Shown: positions 42,071 through 50,357 of the stretch, in pieces | How positions within the stretch are numbered: position 1 is the stretch's first letter | Layout of the letters: each line of letters opens with the position of its first letter | Assembly: GCA_963663965.2 (NCBI GenBank) | Contig: CAXXFK010000007.1 | Coordinates: 15,564-79,563, forward strand | DNA: 64,000 nucleotides | DNA from: Sedimentisphaerales bacterium | GTDB lineage: Bacteria; Planctomycetota; Phycisphaerae; Sedimentisphaerales; SM23-30 | Reading direction: 5' to 3' | Translations under genes and position numbers: made by a program | Notes under the pieces: generated by a model | The model's input: the letters and a program-made list of their open reading frames with translations, nothing else | Databases searched by the model: none | Told to the model about the DNA's origin: nothing

Positions 42071-44337
42071 AAATTGAGTTTGGGGGCCATGATGCTGGAT
42101 GGCTCGATATTCATTTCGCGGAGGAGGTCATGGGCGCGATCGACATAATCCATGATCCACAGGACATAACGAATGTCTGCGTGAATGGACCGGTTTATTT
42201 CCGGCACAAACATCCAGTCGCTGACGAGACCTTCGGTAATGCCATCGAACAGCAAGCCGACCAGTTCGCCCCGGTTGTTCATGGTGGCGGATCCTGAATT
42301 GCCCCCCGTTGTGTCAACATCTGACAGGAAGTCAACGGTAACTTCATTGTAATCCGGGTGAATATAAGGCCCCCAGATTTGTTTTCGCAAGGCCTGGATT
42401 TCTCTATCGGGAGCATTGAATGGCTCTTCGCCAGTATTCTTCTGTATAATCTGGTGAGTGGTGGTAAAGGGATCATAAACCTCGTCATCAGGTTGCGGTC
42501 GATAACCATGGACCTTGCCATAGGTGACCCTGAGCGTACTATTGGCATCGGGCGCGAGAACCCCACCCACAAACTGACGCAGGGCCTGCATATAGCGGGG
42601 CCGCAATATGGCCATTTTTCCGCTGTAACGCTTGCCATCATCTTCCTGTGTTTTCAAGATGGAGTGAAGGCGTAAAGCCATCTGTATAAAAGCATCGTCA
42701 TTTTGCCCAAGGCCTTCCATGGAAGCTGATTTCAACCATTCCACCCGCTTTTCAACATCTTCGATGGTTATGGCCTGGTGGTATAATTTATCTACCGCCG
42801 AGTCAATCTGATCAGGGCCGAGCGAGGGCTGGCCAGTCAGGGCCTGAAGAATGTCAGAGTTCTGGTCCGGCTCGAGTTTAATCAATTCGGCCAGATGGAA
42901 ACGGAGCATTGCCTGGTCAATAGCCCGATCATAGCTGTCTTGCTTGCGATATTGCCCCTGGATCATGTTGTCCCAGTTTCGTTTTTGATAGGCGGGGTCA
43001 CGTCTGGCGTCTGATTTGGGTCGTTCTTCCGCCATTCGCACGATATCCCGGGCGGAGCCCAGCATATCTACTGTTCTTAAAAGGCTGCCCAGCAAAACAT
43101 TGCGTTTATGTGCCTGGTGTTGTTCGGCATTAACTTTTTCAATTTCATCAAGAACCGTACCGAATTGTTCGATCCGCCGTGGGTCCTGATTAATCCATGA
43201 TATTAAGTCGGCCTGTTGCTGTTCTTTTGTGGCCAGGAAGTTCCAATGTTGCAGGCTTTCCTGTAAGTAGGTCATGTATTGCGAACTGTTCATATAGCCA
43301 AAGCGCTGGCGCTTGACTTTGATTTCGAGTTCTTCAGACTGCTTACCCAGTTCATCCAGTAATGCAATCAACTGATTGTATAAGTAAATGCGAAATGGAT
43401 TGGCGGTTTCAATGGTAAATTTCGCTTCATCGGCAGTTTTGAGGCGGGAGGTCCGGCCGGGGAAGCCGGCAACCATGACGAAGTCGCCCGCCCGCAGAGG
43501 GGTAGTGGCAAGCTTAAGATAATGTTTGGGGCGATAGGGCACATTATCGGGCGAATAGTCAGCGGGTTTGCCATCTGGTCCGACATAAGCCCGGAAAAAG
43601 GCATAGTCTCCGCAATGGCGCGGCCAATGCCAGTTGTCGACATCGCCGCCAAAATACCCGATGCCGCTGGCCGGGGCATAAACCAGGCGGATGTCTTTAA
43701 TTTCAAGCTGTTTGATGAGGACGTATAAATCTCCTTCAAAATAGCTTTTTACCGACGCGCGGATACCCGCTTCAGCAGTTTCGCATTTTTTTACCATTTT
43801 TTTGATACGGTTTTCGATTTCGTCATGACGCTTCAAATCATCCTTAATTTTGTTGAGGCCATGCGTTATGGTGTCAGTTACATCAATAAATTCCTGACAG
43901 ACATAAACACGGCTGCCGGCTTCTTTGGGGCGTTCATCCGCGCGATCTTTGGCAAGAAATCCGTTTTGAAGCATATTTTCTTCAGGAGTGGAGTTGTATT
44001 GTAATGATGAAATGGCGCAGTGATGGTTGGTGATAATCAGGCCTTCCGGCGATACAAAGGAGGAAGAGCAGCCGCCAAAATTAACGATGGCGCCCAATGG
44101 GAAGCCCAGGGGGTCAGATAAGGTATCGGCAACTTCGACGCCCAGCGCTTCAAGGATGGCCCGATGATATTCCAGCTGGCGGGGCATCCACATCCCGCCG
44201 GGGTCTTCAAAGGATTCCAGTGAAACACCTTCGGCGCTGAGCGGTTCTATGGGCTCAACTTGTGCCGGACGTGGGGCGCAACCCGAGAACGTGATAAGCA
44301 GCATCGGGACAATTGCGAATAGCAGGGCCTTTTTCAT
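42064..44337 (-). CDS. Peptidase family S46 (dipeptidyl-peptidase 7/11-like) lipoprotein
   Basis: 757 aa. Lipobox FSGC. GCSSSFVSPEGLIITNHHC (His) and GGNSGSATMNNRGELVGLLFDG (Ser) are typical of S46. Confidence 0.85.
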   Translation of the reverse strand: MKKALLFAIVPMLLITFSGCAPRPAQVEPIEPLSAEGVSLESFEDPGGMWMPRQLEYHRAILEALGVEVADTLSDPLGFPLGAIVNFGGCSSSFVSPEGLIITNHHCAISSLQYNSTPEENMLQNGFLAKDRADERPKEAGSRVYVCQEFIDVTDTITHGLNKIKDDLKRHDEIENRIKKMVKKCETAEAGIRASVKSYFEGDLYVLIKQLEIKDIRLVYAPASGIGYFGGDVDNWHWPRHCGDYAFFRAYVGPDGKPADYSPDNVPYRPKHYLKLATTPLRAGDFVMVAGFPGRTSRLKTADEAKFTIETANPFRIYLYNQLIALLDELGKQSEELEIKVKRQRFGYMNSSQYMTYLQESLQHWNFLATKEQQQADLISWINQDPRRIEQFGTVLDEIEKVNAEQHQAHKRNVLLGSLLRTVDMLGSARDIVRMAEERPKSDARRDPAYQKRNWDNMIQGQYRKQDSYDRAIDQAMLRFHLAELIKLEPDQNSDILQALTGQPSLGPDQIDSAVDKLYHQAITIEDVEKRVEWLKSASMEGLGQNDDAFIQMALRLHSILKTQEDDGKRYSGKMAILRPRYMQALRQFVGGVLAPDANSTLRVTYGKVHGYRPQPDDEVYDPFTTTHQIIQKNTGEEPFNAPDREIQALRKQIWGPYIHPDYNEVTVDFLSDVDTTGGNSGSATMNNRGELVGLLFDGITEGLVSDWMFVPEINRSIHADIRYVLWIMDYVDRAHDLLREMNIEPSSIMAPKLNLW

Positions 44338-44726
44338 TTTTGGGATACCTTTCTCTGAACAGAAGCATAAATTCTGGTTCTTTATAAGTTTTAAGCTTAA
44401 AGATCCTATAATAACCGCGGTTGGGAGTTATGACAATGAGGAAATGTGGCTCTCATAACGGTTTATGTAAAGAAATGGATTTATTGGCTTCGTTTCGTCG
44501 GGCAATGGCCGGGATAGGGATTGGTGATAATGGGATCGGTTTTCGGAGTGACTGACGCGGCCGGTTAAGTGAATTGTGAACATTGGGTTCGTTCCGCAGG
44601 GCCATGGTGGCAGCCCACGCTGGTTGCAACCTGTTGCTTTATAAATACTTTGGAATAAACCGGCTGACAATGGGTTCGTTTTAAAACTTAACAGCCACGG
44701 GCTTGATCTAATATTGGGCGATCTTT

Positions 44727-45239
44727 TTATTGAACAGAGGATTGGAGTTGTTGCATTTTCAGGGCGTAGCGATAGCAGAAATAAAGCGGGAAAATGCCGA
44801 CAATGCCAAACTGGCAATCGATTATTTGCCAGAAAAAAGGAATGCCGCGCAGGGGGCCGCAGATCAGGGCAAGCGGCAAGATCATCAGGCAGAGCAGCAT
44901 GCCCCACTGAAACAGCCAGATATTGCGGACCGGGTCGCGCCAGGCGCCCCAGAAGGCCAGGGCAATGCCAAGGTGGGCAAGGGCCAGCCAATCGGTGCCG
45001 TAAAACATAAAGGGCTGGTGGCGCTGGATCTCGTTCAGGCCATTGTATATTTTATCAATCCAGGCGGCCAAAGATGCCAGATGGGCGCCGATTGGCGAAC
45101 CGCAGCCGAAATGGCGATGTAAAATTCCCAGTTCCCAGACCAGGGGGAACGCGGTGATTCCACTGAGTAGCAGGCCGAGAATAAACGCGGCCAGAATAAT
45201 TCGCAATCGAAACAGCAGTCGATGATACTCTTGATTCAT
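44727..45239 (-). CDS. Hypothetical 4-TM membrane protein
   Basis: ATG 45239 with GAGGTG SD 4 nt upstream. Four hydrophobic helices. Several overlapping ORFs in other frames look spurious. Confidence 0.5.
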   Translation of the reverse strand: MNQEYHRLLFRLRIILAAFILGLLLSGITAFPLVWELGILHRHFGCGSPIGAHLASLAAWIDKIYNGLNEIQRHQPFMFYGTDWLALAHLGIALAFWGAWRDPVRNIWLFQWGMLLCLMILPLALICGPLRGIPFFWQIIDCQFGIVGIFPLYFCYRYALKMQQLQSSVQ

Positions 45240-45342
45240 CACACACCTCAGGAACAAATAATGATTTTGAGTTTTTAGATAAAACTCATGATGGGAGGGA
45301 TTATTTGCTGTTATTGAATTGTTGACAAATATTTTACACATA

Positions 45343-45368
45343 GACAGCTTTGTCCGGATGGGTATAAT
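45343..45368 (+). promoter_or_regulatory. Candidate sigma70 promoter (TAGACA, 16 nt spacer, TATAAT)
   Basis: The -35 element TAGACA lies at 45341-45346 and TATAAT at 45363-45368. It lies upstream of the 45470 gene and is part of the recurrent GACAGCT...GGGTATAATAACC module. Confidence 0.35.
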
Positions 45369-45469
45369 AACCAGACAGGATAAGTTATCGCGTCTGAATG
45401 TTATGGGAACACTGTCCGATCAAAAAGAGCGACAAAGCCAATAATAACTTTTTATAGACCAAAGGATGT

Positions 45470-45874
45470 GTGTTTATGATCGATCGAGAACGACATTGGC
45501 GGCGGGGTTTTACTTTAATCGAATTACTGGTAGTGGTTGGATTGATCGCGCTATTAACCAGCCTGGCGATTCCGGCGTTGAATAAGGCCCGTGAGGTTTT
45601 GAAGGGCAAAACCAAGGCGCCAGCCCTGCAAGTGGTGCAGGCCGAGGCCCCCCCGACCAATTTGCCCGGGTTGCCGGAGGCAAGGCAGCTTTTCGATTCA
45701 GTCCATATGAATGTTATCATTAATGCCCAATACCAGAGTCAAGGCTTCGACATTGTAAACAGCTATGATGCGTTGTGTTCGGGACAATTTGGATTTCATA
45801 CTGTTGCGAATCAACCCAACATTCAATTGTTTATACCATTTCCCATGGATATTCTGGAGGCGAGAGATATCTAG
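45470..45874 (+). CDS. Prepilin-type N-terminal cleavage/methylation-domain protein; ORF ends at a TAG that is in frame with the next ORF
   Basis: RRGFTLIELLVVVGLIALLTSLAIPAL is a class III signal / pilin-like N-terminus. Confidence 0.6.
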   Translation: MFMIDRERHWRRGFTLIELLVVVGLIALLTSLAIPALNKAREVLKGKTKAPALQVVQAEAPPTNLPGLPEARQLFDSVHMNVIINAQYQSQGFDIVNSYDALCSGQFGFHTVANQPNIQLFIPFPMDILEARDI

Positions 45875-46033
45875 GTCCGTTTTATCAGCGAATCGGATGG
45901 CCGGCAATGGGAGCCGGATAACATTGTTTATTATCAACAGGGCATATACTGGGAAGGCGCGCTTCGGGCAGAGGGGCGCTATCGGGTTCAGGCCAGTTTC
46001 ACGGTTCGGGGCCAGGAGTATTTTCACTATCGA

Positions 46034-47311
46034 TTGCCCGCGATAAACAAGCTGGATACTTTGGGCTATACGGTTGAATTTCATGGTGTTGAAACCTTTA
46101 CTGTTCCGAAACACTGTCTTCAGCCAACCCAAAGTTCAGACAATAAGCTGGAGTGGTCCTTTAACAATATTATTACCAACAGACCGCTGGCGATTGAGAT
46201 TCCGGGCGCCCGCAGCGCGATGGGAGGCGTCACTCTATTGTCGCGCCTGGCCGCAATTGCCGTGCTGTTGTTTGGTGCGGGATTCTGGTATCTAAGCGAA
46301 TGGAATAAGCCGGGGCAACTGAAGGATTTTCGCTGGGGGCATTTTTTCTTACTGGCATTGAATTATTCATTGTTTTTTATTATCTTTGCAATTATCCGTT
46401 TTCAGGGGCATATTGGAACCTGGCTGGCGATTGTCCTGTCGGCGGCCCTGTCTTTGCCCTTGCTGTTTTTACACCTGACGCGATTTTTGAATCGTGATTT
46501 TGCCCTTAAATATATTTTACCGCTGGCCGTGTTCACGCTGGCGATCGTTATCAACGGAGTTTATGGGCGCACATTACGAGACTATGTCTTTGTTGCCGCG
46601 CTGGTGGCCGTACTGGGCTTTGTTACGGTGACATTCAAGGCGTGGGCCGAAAAACGGACGGACTATCTGGCCGATATCCAGCGGCAGCGCAAAGAAAAAT
46701 TTGACGCGCTATGCCATCGGTTTTATGTTGAGGCCGGCAAACCCTGGGCCCAGGCCCTGGCGCTCGATAGCGAGGCGGCTCGCCTGATGAATTTGCATCA
46801 AGACGTTCAAAGCCGGGCTTCGGGCGCGATGATCCAGCAGGCCCATGAGGCCATGAAGCGTTTGCAGGGTGAGTACAAGCAAATGAGTGAATCTCTGGAG
46901 CTTTATTCAAAGAGCAACAGCCTGTTGTCTGATCCCCTGCTTAACGAGAAGCAGTCTTCGATGGGGCGGTTTGAGGGTCAGCTTAACGGAGTGATGAAGA
47001 CCTTGGAACAGGCGATGGCAGACTTTAATCAAGAGTTGGTTTCCGGCCGGGCCGGAGACGATGTTGCCGGCGTTTGTTGTCTGGCCTGCGGAAGCCGGGT
47101 GTCGCCGAGCCGGTTCTGCCCGGAATGTGGCGCCGCCCAGGCGATATCACCGGCATGTGAGGGGTGTGGTGCCACGATTACCATTGCGTCCCATATGGTT
47201 TGTGATTCGACCGAGCCATTGAAACTGTTTTGTCCCCAGTGTGGCCGGGCCTACCGGCCAGTGACCATTCCGGTGGCATTCTCCACCGAAAAAGAGGCCG
47301 CGAAGGAATGA
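46034..47311 (+). CDS. Polytopic membrane protein (5 TM) with a cytoplasmic coiled-coil and a C-terminal double zinc ribbon; probably continuous with 45470-45874
   Basis: Five hydrophobic helices. CCLACG...CPECG and CEGCG...CPQCG motifs. The called TTG start has no SD, and the first ATG is at 46220. Confidence 0.5.
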   Translation: MPAINKLDTLGYTVEFHGVETFTVPKHCLQPTQSSDNKLEWSFNNIITNRPLAIEIPGARSAMGGVTLLSRLAAIAVLLFGAGFWYLSEWNKPGQLKDFRWGHFFLLALNYSLFFIIFAIIRFQGHIGTWLAIVLSAALSLPLLFLHLTRFLNRDFALKYILPLAVFTLAIVINGVYGRTLRDYVFVAALVAVLGFVTVTFKAWAEKRTDYLADIQRQRKEKFDALCHRFYVEAGKPWAQALALDSEAARLMNLHQDVQSRASGAMIQQAHEAMKRLQGEYKQMSESLELYSKSNSLLSDPLLNEKQSSMGRFEGQLNGVMKTLEQAMADFNQELVSGRAGDDVAGVCCLACGSRVSPSRFCPECGAAQAISPACEGCGATITIASHMVCDSTEPLKLFCPQCGRAYRPVTIPVAFSTEKEAAKE

Positions 47312-47385
47312 GGCGATGCGGGACTGTCTGAAAGGCAATTTATGTTGAGAAAAGTAAGATTTATCTCCCAGGAAAGGAATGCAGG

Positions 47386-47901
47386 ATGAGTTATATTATG
47401 GTGGATATCGAGGCGGACGGCCCGATACCGGGCGACTATTCGATGGTCTGTTTCGGCGCGATTGTTATCGAGCCGGATTTGAACCGGTCGTTCTATGGTC
47501 AGTTGAGACCGGTTTCGCAACACTGGGCGCCTGAAGCCCTGAAAGTCAGTGGATTCTGCCGCCAGGAAACGCTCGCCTTTGACGCGCCTGAAATAGTAAT
47601 GGCGAAATTCGATAAGTGGATTCAGGCTAACAGCAAGGGCCGGCCGATGTTTGTTTCAGACAATAACGGGTTTGACTGGCAGTTCATCAACTGGTATTTC
47701 CATCATTTTCTGGGCCGCAACCCATTCGGGCACAGTTCAACCAACCTGGGATCACTTTATAAGGGGCTAGTAAGAAATATGGGCCAGAACTTTAAACACT
47801 TGCGCCGGACACGGCACACGCACCACCCGGTAGATGATGCCCGGGGCAATGCCGAAGCCATGCTTCATCTGGCGGATGAATATGGACTGAATATAAGGTG
47901 A
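47386..47901 (+). CDS. DEDDh-type 3'-5' exonuclease (small stand-alone DnaQ-fold, Rv2179c-like)
   Basis: ExoI MVDIEADG, ExoII SDNNGFDWQF, ExoIII HHPVDDARGNA. Confidence 0.7.
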   Translation: MSYIMVDIEADGPIPGDYSMVCFGAIVIEPDLNRSFYGQLRPVSQHWAPEALKVSGFCRQETLAFDAPEIVMAKFDKWIQANSKGRPMFVSDNNGFDWQFINWYFHHFLGRNPFGHSSTNLGSLYKGLVRNMGQNFKHLRRTRHTHHPVDDARGNAEAMLHLADEYGLNIR

Positions 47902-47913
47902 TGTACGATTGGC

Positions 47914-49398
47914 CTAGAGAATTTTGGGAGAGTCGGCATTTTTTATCGGCAGGGTAAATCGGACGGTGGCGCCAGAATTGTGATCTGTCGATTCAATCCA
48001 GATGGTCCCGCCATGGGCTTCAACAATGCGCTTAACAACGCTTAGTCCCAGTCCGTAACCGGAATGTCGTTTGTCGAGTTGTTTAAAGGCCTCGAAAATT
48101 TCGTGACGATCCTCGGGGGCAATCCCCATGCCGTTATCCTGTACAAAAAAGACCGCGCTGTCGCTACGCATATCGAAACCGATCCGAATGACTGGCGGGT
48201 GATTTTTTCTGCGGTATTTAATGGCATTTTCTATCAGATTCTGGAAAACCTGGCCTATGCGCACCGGATCGCCCTGTACGATCGGCATAGATGGCTGAAT
48301 CTGGATATCTGCCTGGTGTTCTGCAATTGTGGCGGATAATAGCCGGGCAACATCCTCAACCAGTTCGGTCACAGGGATATCAACCGGTTTTTCCAGTGAT
48401 TTGCCAGCGCGGGATAATTTGAGTACTCTGTCGATCAGACGATCCATTTTGTCGACTGCGGCAAGGATGAGTTCAATATCATGTTTAGCCCTTTCAGGAT
48501 CCGTTTTATCCTGATCCAGCTCCCGCTTGAGCAGGCTGGCAAACCCGCTGATGGTTACCAGGGGGCTTTTAAGGTCGTGCGATACGGTACCGGCAAACCG
48601 TTCCAGTTCCAGATTAACTTTGGCGAGTTGGCCCATCATGCGGTTTCGTTCAGAGTCATATTTGCGAATCTTGAAAAAGCAATAGCTCAGGCCGGCAAAC
48701 CCCACCAGCAGTACTAGTGTATACCTGATGATGGTCGAAGTCCAAAGTTGGTGTCGGCGAATCAAGAAACTCTCCATGGGTAAGGCCACCCCGACGCCTC
48801 CCCTGATGTCGCCCACTTGATAACCCTGGTTGCCGTGGCATTTTAAGCATCCTTCTGAAACGAGCATTGGTTTCATCAATCGCAAACAGGTTTTTCCATT
48901 CAGCTGTGTGAATTCAACCACTTCTTTATCCCCCTGTTCGAACGCCTGTAAGGCACGGGTCTCCCAGGGATCCGGAGCGTTTTTGGGATTTAGCGTTTTC
49001 AGACTGGTAATGTGCCCGGCGATACCGTAATAGTTGGAGAAATAGTCATTCATCTGCCGCACCATATAGGCAGGATTCATCAAAGTCAGTTGTTTACCGG
49101 ATGGCGTGGTAATGTCCCGTTCTGGAACATGAGATAAATAGGGATTGGCCGGGGTCTGATCCGTCAGGGGAATATAAACTCCGCCGTGCAGGGTGGCCCA
49201 GAAACGAAAGGCCTGATCTTTATTGAAGTTGGCCCGGGCGCTGTTGAGGGCCATTTCCTTAGTAGTCAGATAGGTCTGTGTCAAAGAAAAGGCGCATAAA
49301 ATCAGAATAAGAATGGTCCAGACGGTCCCAAGTAAAGCAAACCTGGACTGATAAGGTTTCTTCGAAGTACGTATCCCGTCTGAAATCCAATTTAACAT
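47914..49398 (-). CDS. Sensor histidine kinase with a DUF3365/Tll0287-like haem-c sensor domain
   Basis: LNPKNAPDPWETRAL...CLKCHGNQGYQVGDIRGGVGVALP (CXXCH at 48835-48849) / TM / H-box SHDLKSPL / HATPase_c. TAG stop. Confidence 0.85.
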   Translation of the reverse strand: MLNWISDGIRTSKKPYQSRFALLGTVWTILILILCAFSLTQTYLTTKEMALNSARANFNKDQAFRFWATLHGGVYIPLTDQTPANPYLSHVPERDITTPSGKQLTLMNPAYMVRQMNDYFSNYYGIAGHITSLKTLNPKNAPDPWETRALQAFEQGDKEVVEFTQLNGKTCLRLMKPMLVSEGCLKCHGNQGYQVGDIRGGVGVALPMESFLIRRHQLWTSTIIRYTLVLLVGFAGLSYCFFKIRKYDSERNRMMGQLAKVNLELERFAGTVSHDLKSPLVTISGFASLLKRELDQDKTDPERAKHDIELILAAVDKMDRLIDRVLKLSRAGKSLEKPVDIPVTELVEDVARLLSATIAEHQADIQIQPSMPIVQGDPVRIGQVFQNLIENAIKYRRKNHPPVIRIGFDMRSDSAVFFVQDNGMGIAPEDRHEIFEAFKQLDKRHSGYGLGLSVVKRIVEAHGGTIWIESTDHNSGATVRFTLPIKNADSPKIL

Positions 49399-49604
49399 GA
49401 TAATTCCTTATTGACCATGGCGATTTTAAAATGTTCTGTTAACAGATCAAGAGTTTTTTTGAAATAATACACAAATTGTTCGTGAGCCGGCTAAGTAATG
49501 GCAGGCGCGATAGTTACGGAGAATATTTGATTTTAGCATTTAAGGGGGCTATGATGACAATCCTGTGATTAATACTGGCGTACTCGTAAACAGGAGATTC
49601 AGGT

Positions 49605-50303
49605 ATGATAGAAGGTGATTTTACTCAGGAAACCTGGCGTGTGTTTCGTATTATGGCGGAATTCGTGGAGGGTTTTGATGAATTGAGCAAAATGGGGCCG
49701 GCGGTATCGATTTTTGGCTCGGCCCGGACGGAGCCGGAGGATCGCTATTATAAGCTGGCGGAAAAAACCGCTCGTGAGGTGGTCAAGGCGGGATTTGCGG
49801 TGATTACCGGCGGCGGCGGCGGGATTATGGAGGCGGCCAATAAAGGCGCGTATGAATCCGGTGGCACCAGTGTGGGATTGAATATCGAATTGCCCCATGA
49901 ACAAAAGCCCAACCCGTATCAGAACATTTCGCTGGAATTCAAATATTTCTTTGCCCGCAAGATGATGTTTACCAAATACGCGCGCGGATTCATTATTATG
50001 CCGGGCGGGTTTGGCACGCTGGATGAGTATTTTGAATCACTCACATTGATGCAGACGGTTAAGATGGCCAAGTTTCCGGTGGTAATGATGGGTAGTGATT
50101 ACTGGCGGGGTCTGCTGGACTGGATTAAGGATGTCATGCTGAGAGAAGGAACGATCTCGGAAGAGGATATTGATTTATATAAGCTGACCGATGATCCTGA
50201 AGAGGCGGTCCGGTTTATTAAGCAGGGTGAAACCAAAGCCTGGACCGAGCCGGCCGGGGTAGTCACCCGGCGCCTGGATGGACAGACCGGTTCAGATATT
50301 TAG
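49605..50303 (+). CDS. LOG-family (TIGR00730-type) nucleotide phosphoribohydrolase
   Basis: ITGGGGGIMEAANKGA and PGGFGTLDE motifs. AGGAG SD. Confidence 0.85.
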   Translation: MIEGDFTQETWRVFRIMAEFVEGFDELSKMGPAVSIFGSARTEPEDRYYKLAEKTAREVVKAGFAVITGGGGGIMEAANKGAYESGGTSVGLNIELPHEQKPNPYQNISLEFKYFFARKMMFTKYARGFIIMPGGFGTLDEYFESLTLMQTVKMAKFPVVMMGSDYWRGLLDWIKDVMLREGTISEEDIDLYKLTDDPEEAVRFIKQGETKAWTEPAGVVTRRLDGQTGSDI

Positions 50304-50318
50304 TTAAGAATAGATTAT

Positions 50319-50341
50319 TTAAGGCGCCTGGCCTTAATTTT
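50319..50341 (+). terminator. Possible short terminator or attenuating hairpin
   Basis: TTAAGGC / GCCTTAA 7-bp stem, 5-nt loop, TTTT. It lies 17 nt before the hisA start. Confidence 0.4.
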
Positions 50342-50357
50342 GAAAGGATGTTGCTCG

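Noticed and set aside
44428-45122. Overlapping ORFs 44428-44991 (minus), 44714-45010 (plus) and 44730-45122 (plus) around the 4-TM gene.
   Set aside because: The sequences are Pro/Arg/Gly/Ala-rich nonsense and none has an SD. Only the minus-strand frame starting at 45239 has an SD (GAGGTG) and a TM-helix periodicity.
45872-45874. TAG reassignment (for example pyrrolysine or a genome-wide sense TAG) as the explanation for the in-frame stop.
   Set aside because: TAG terminates dnaN (588-590), pabB (10717-10719), the 28332 gene (29619-29621) and the 47914 kinase. No pyl genes are visible. A local mutation, an error or a site-specific readthrough is more plausible.
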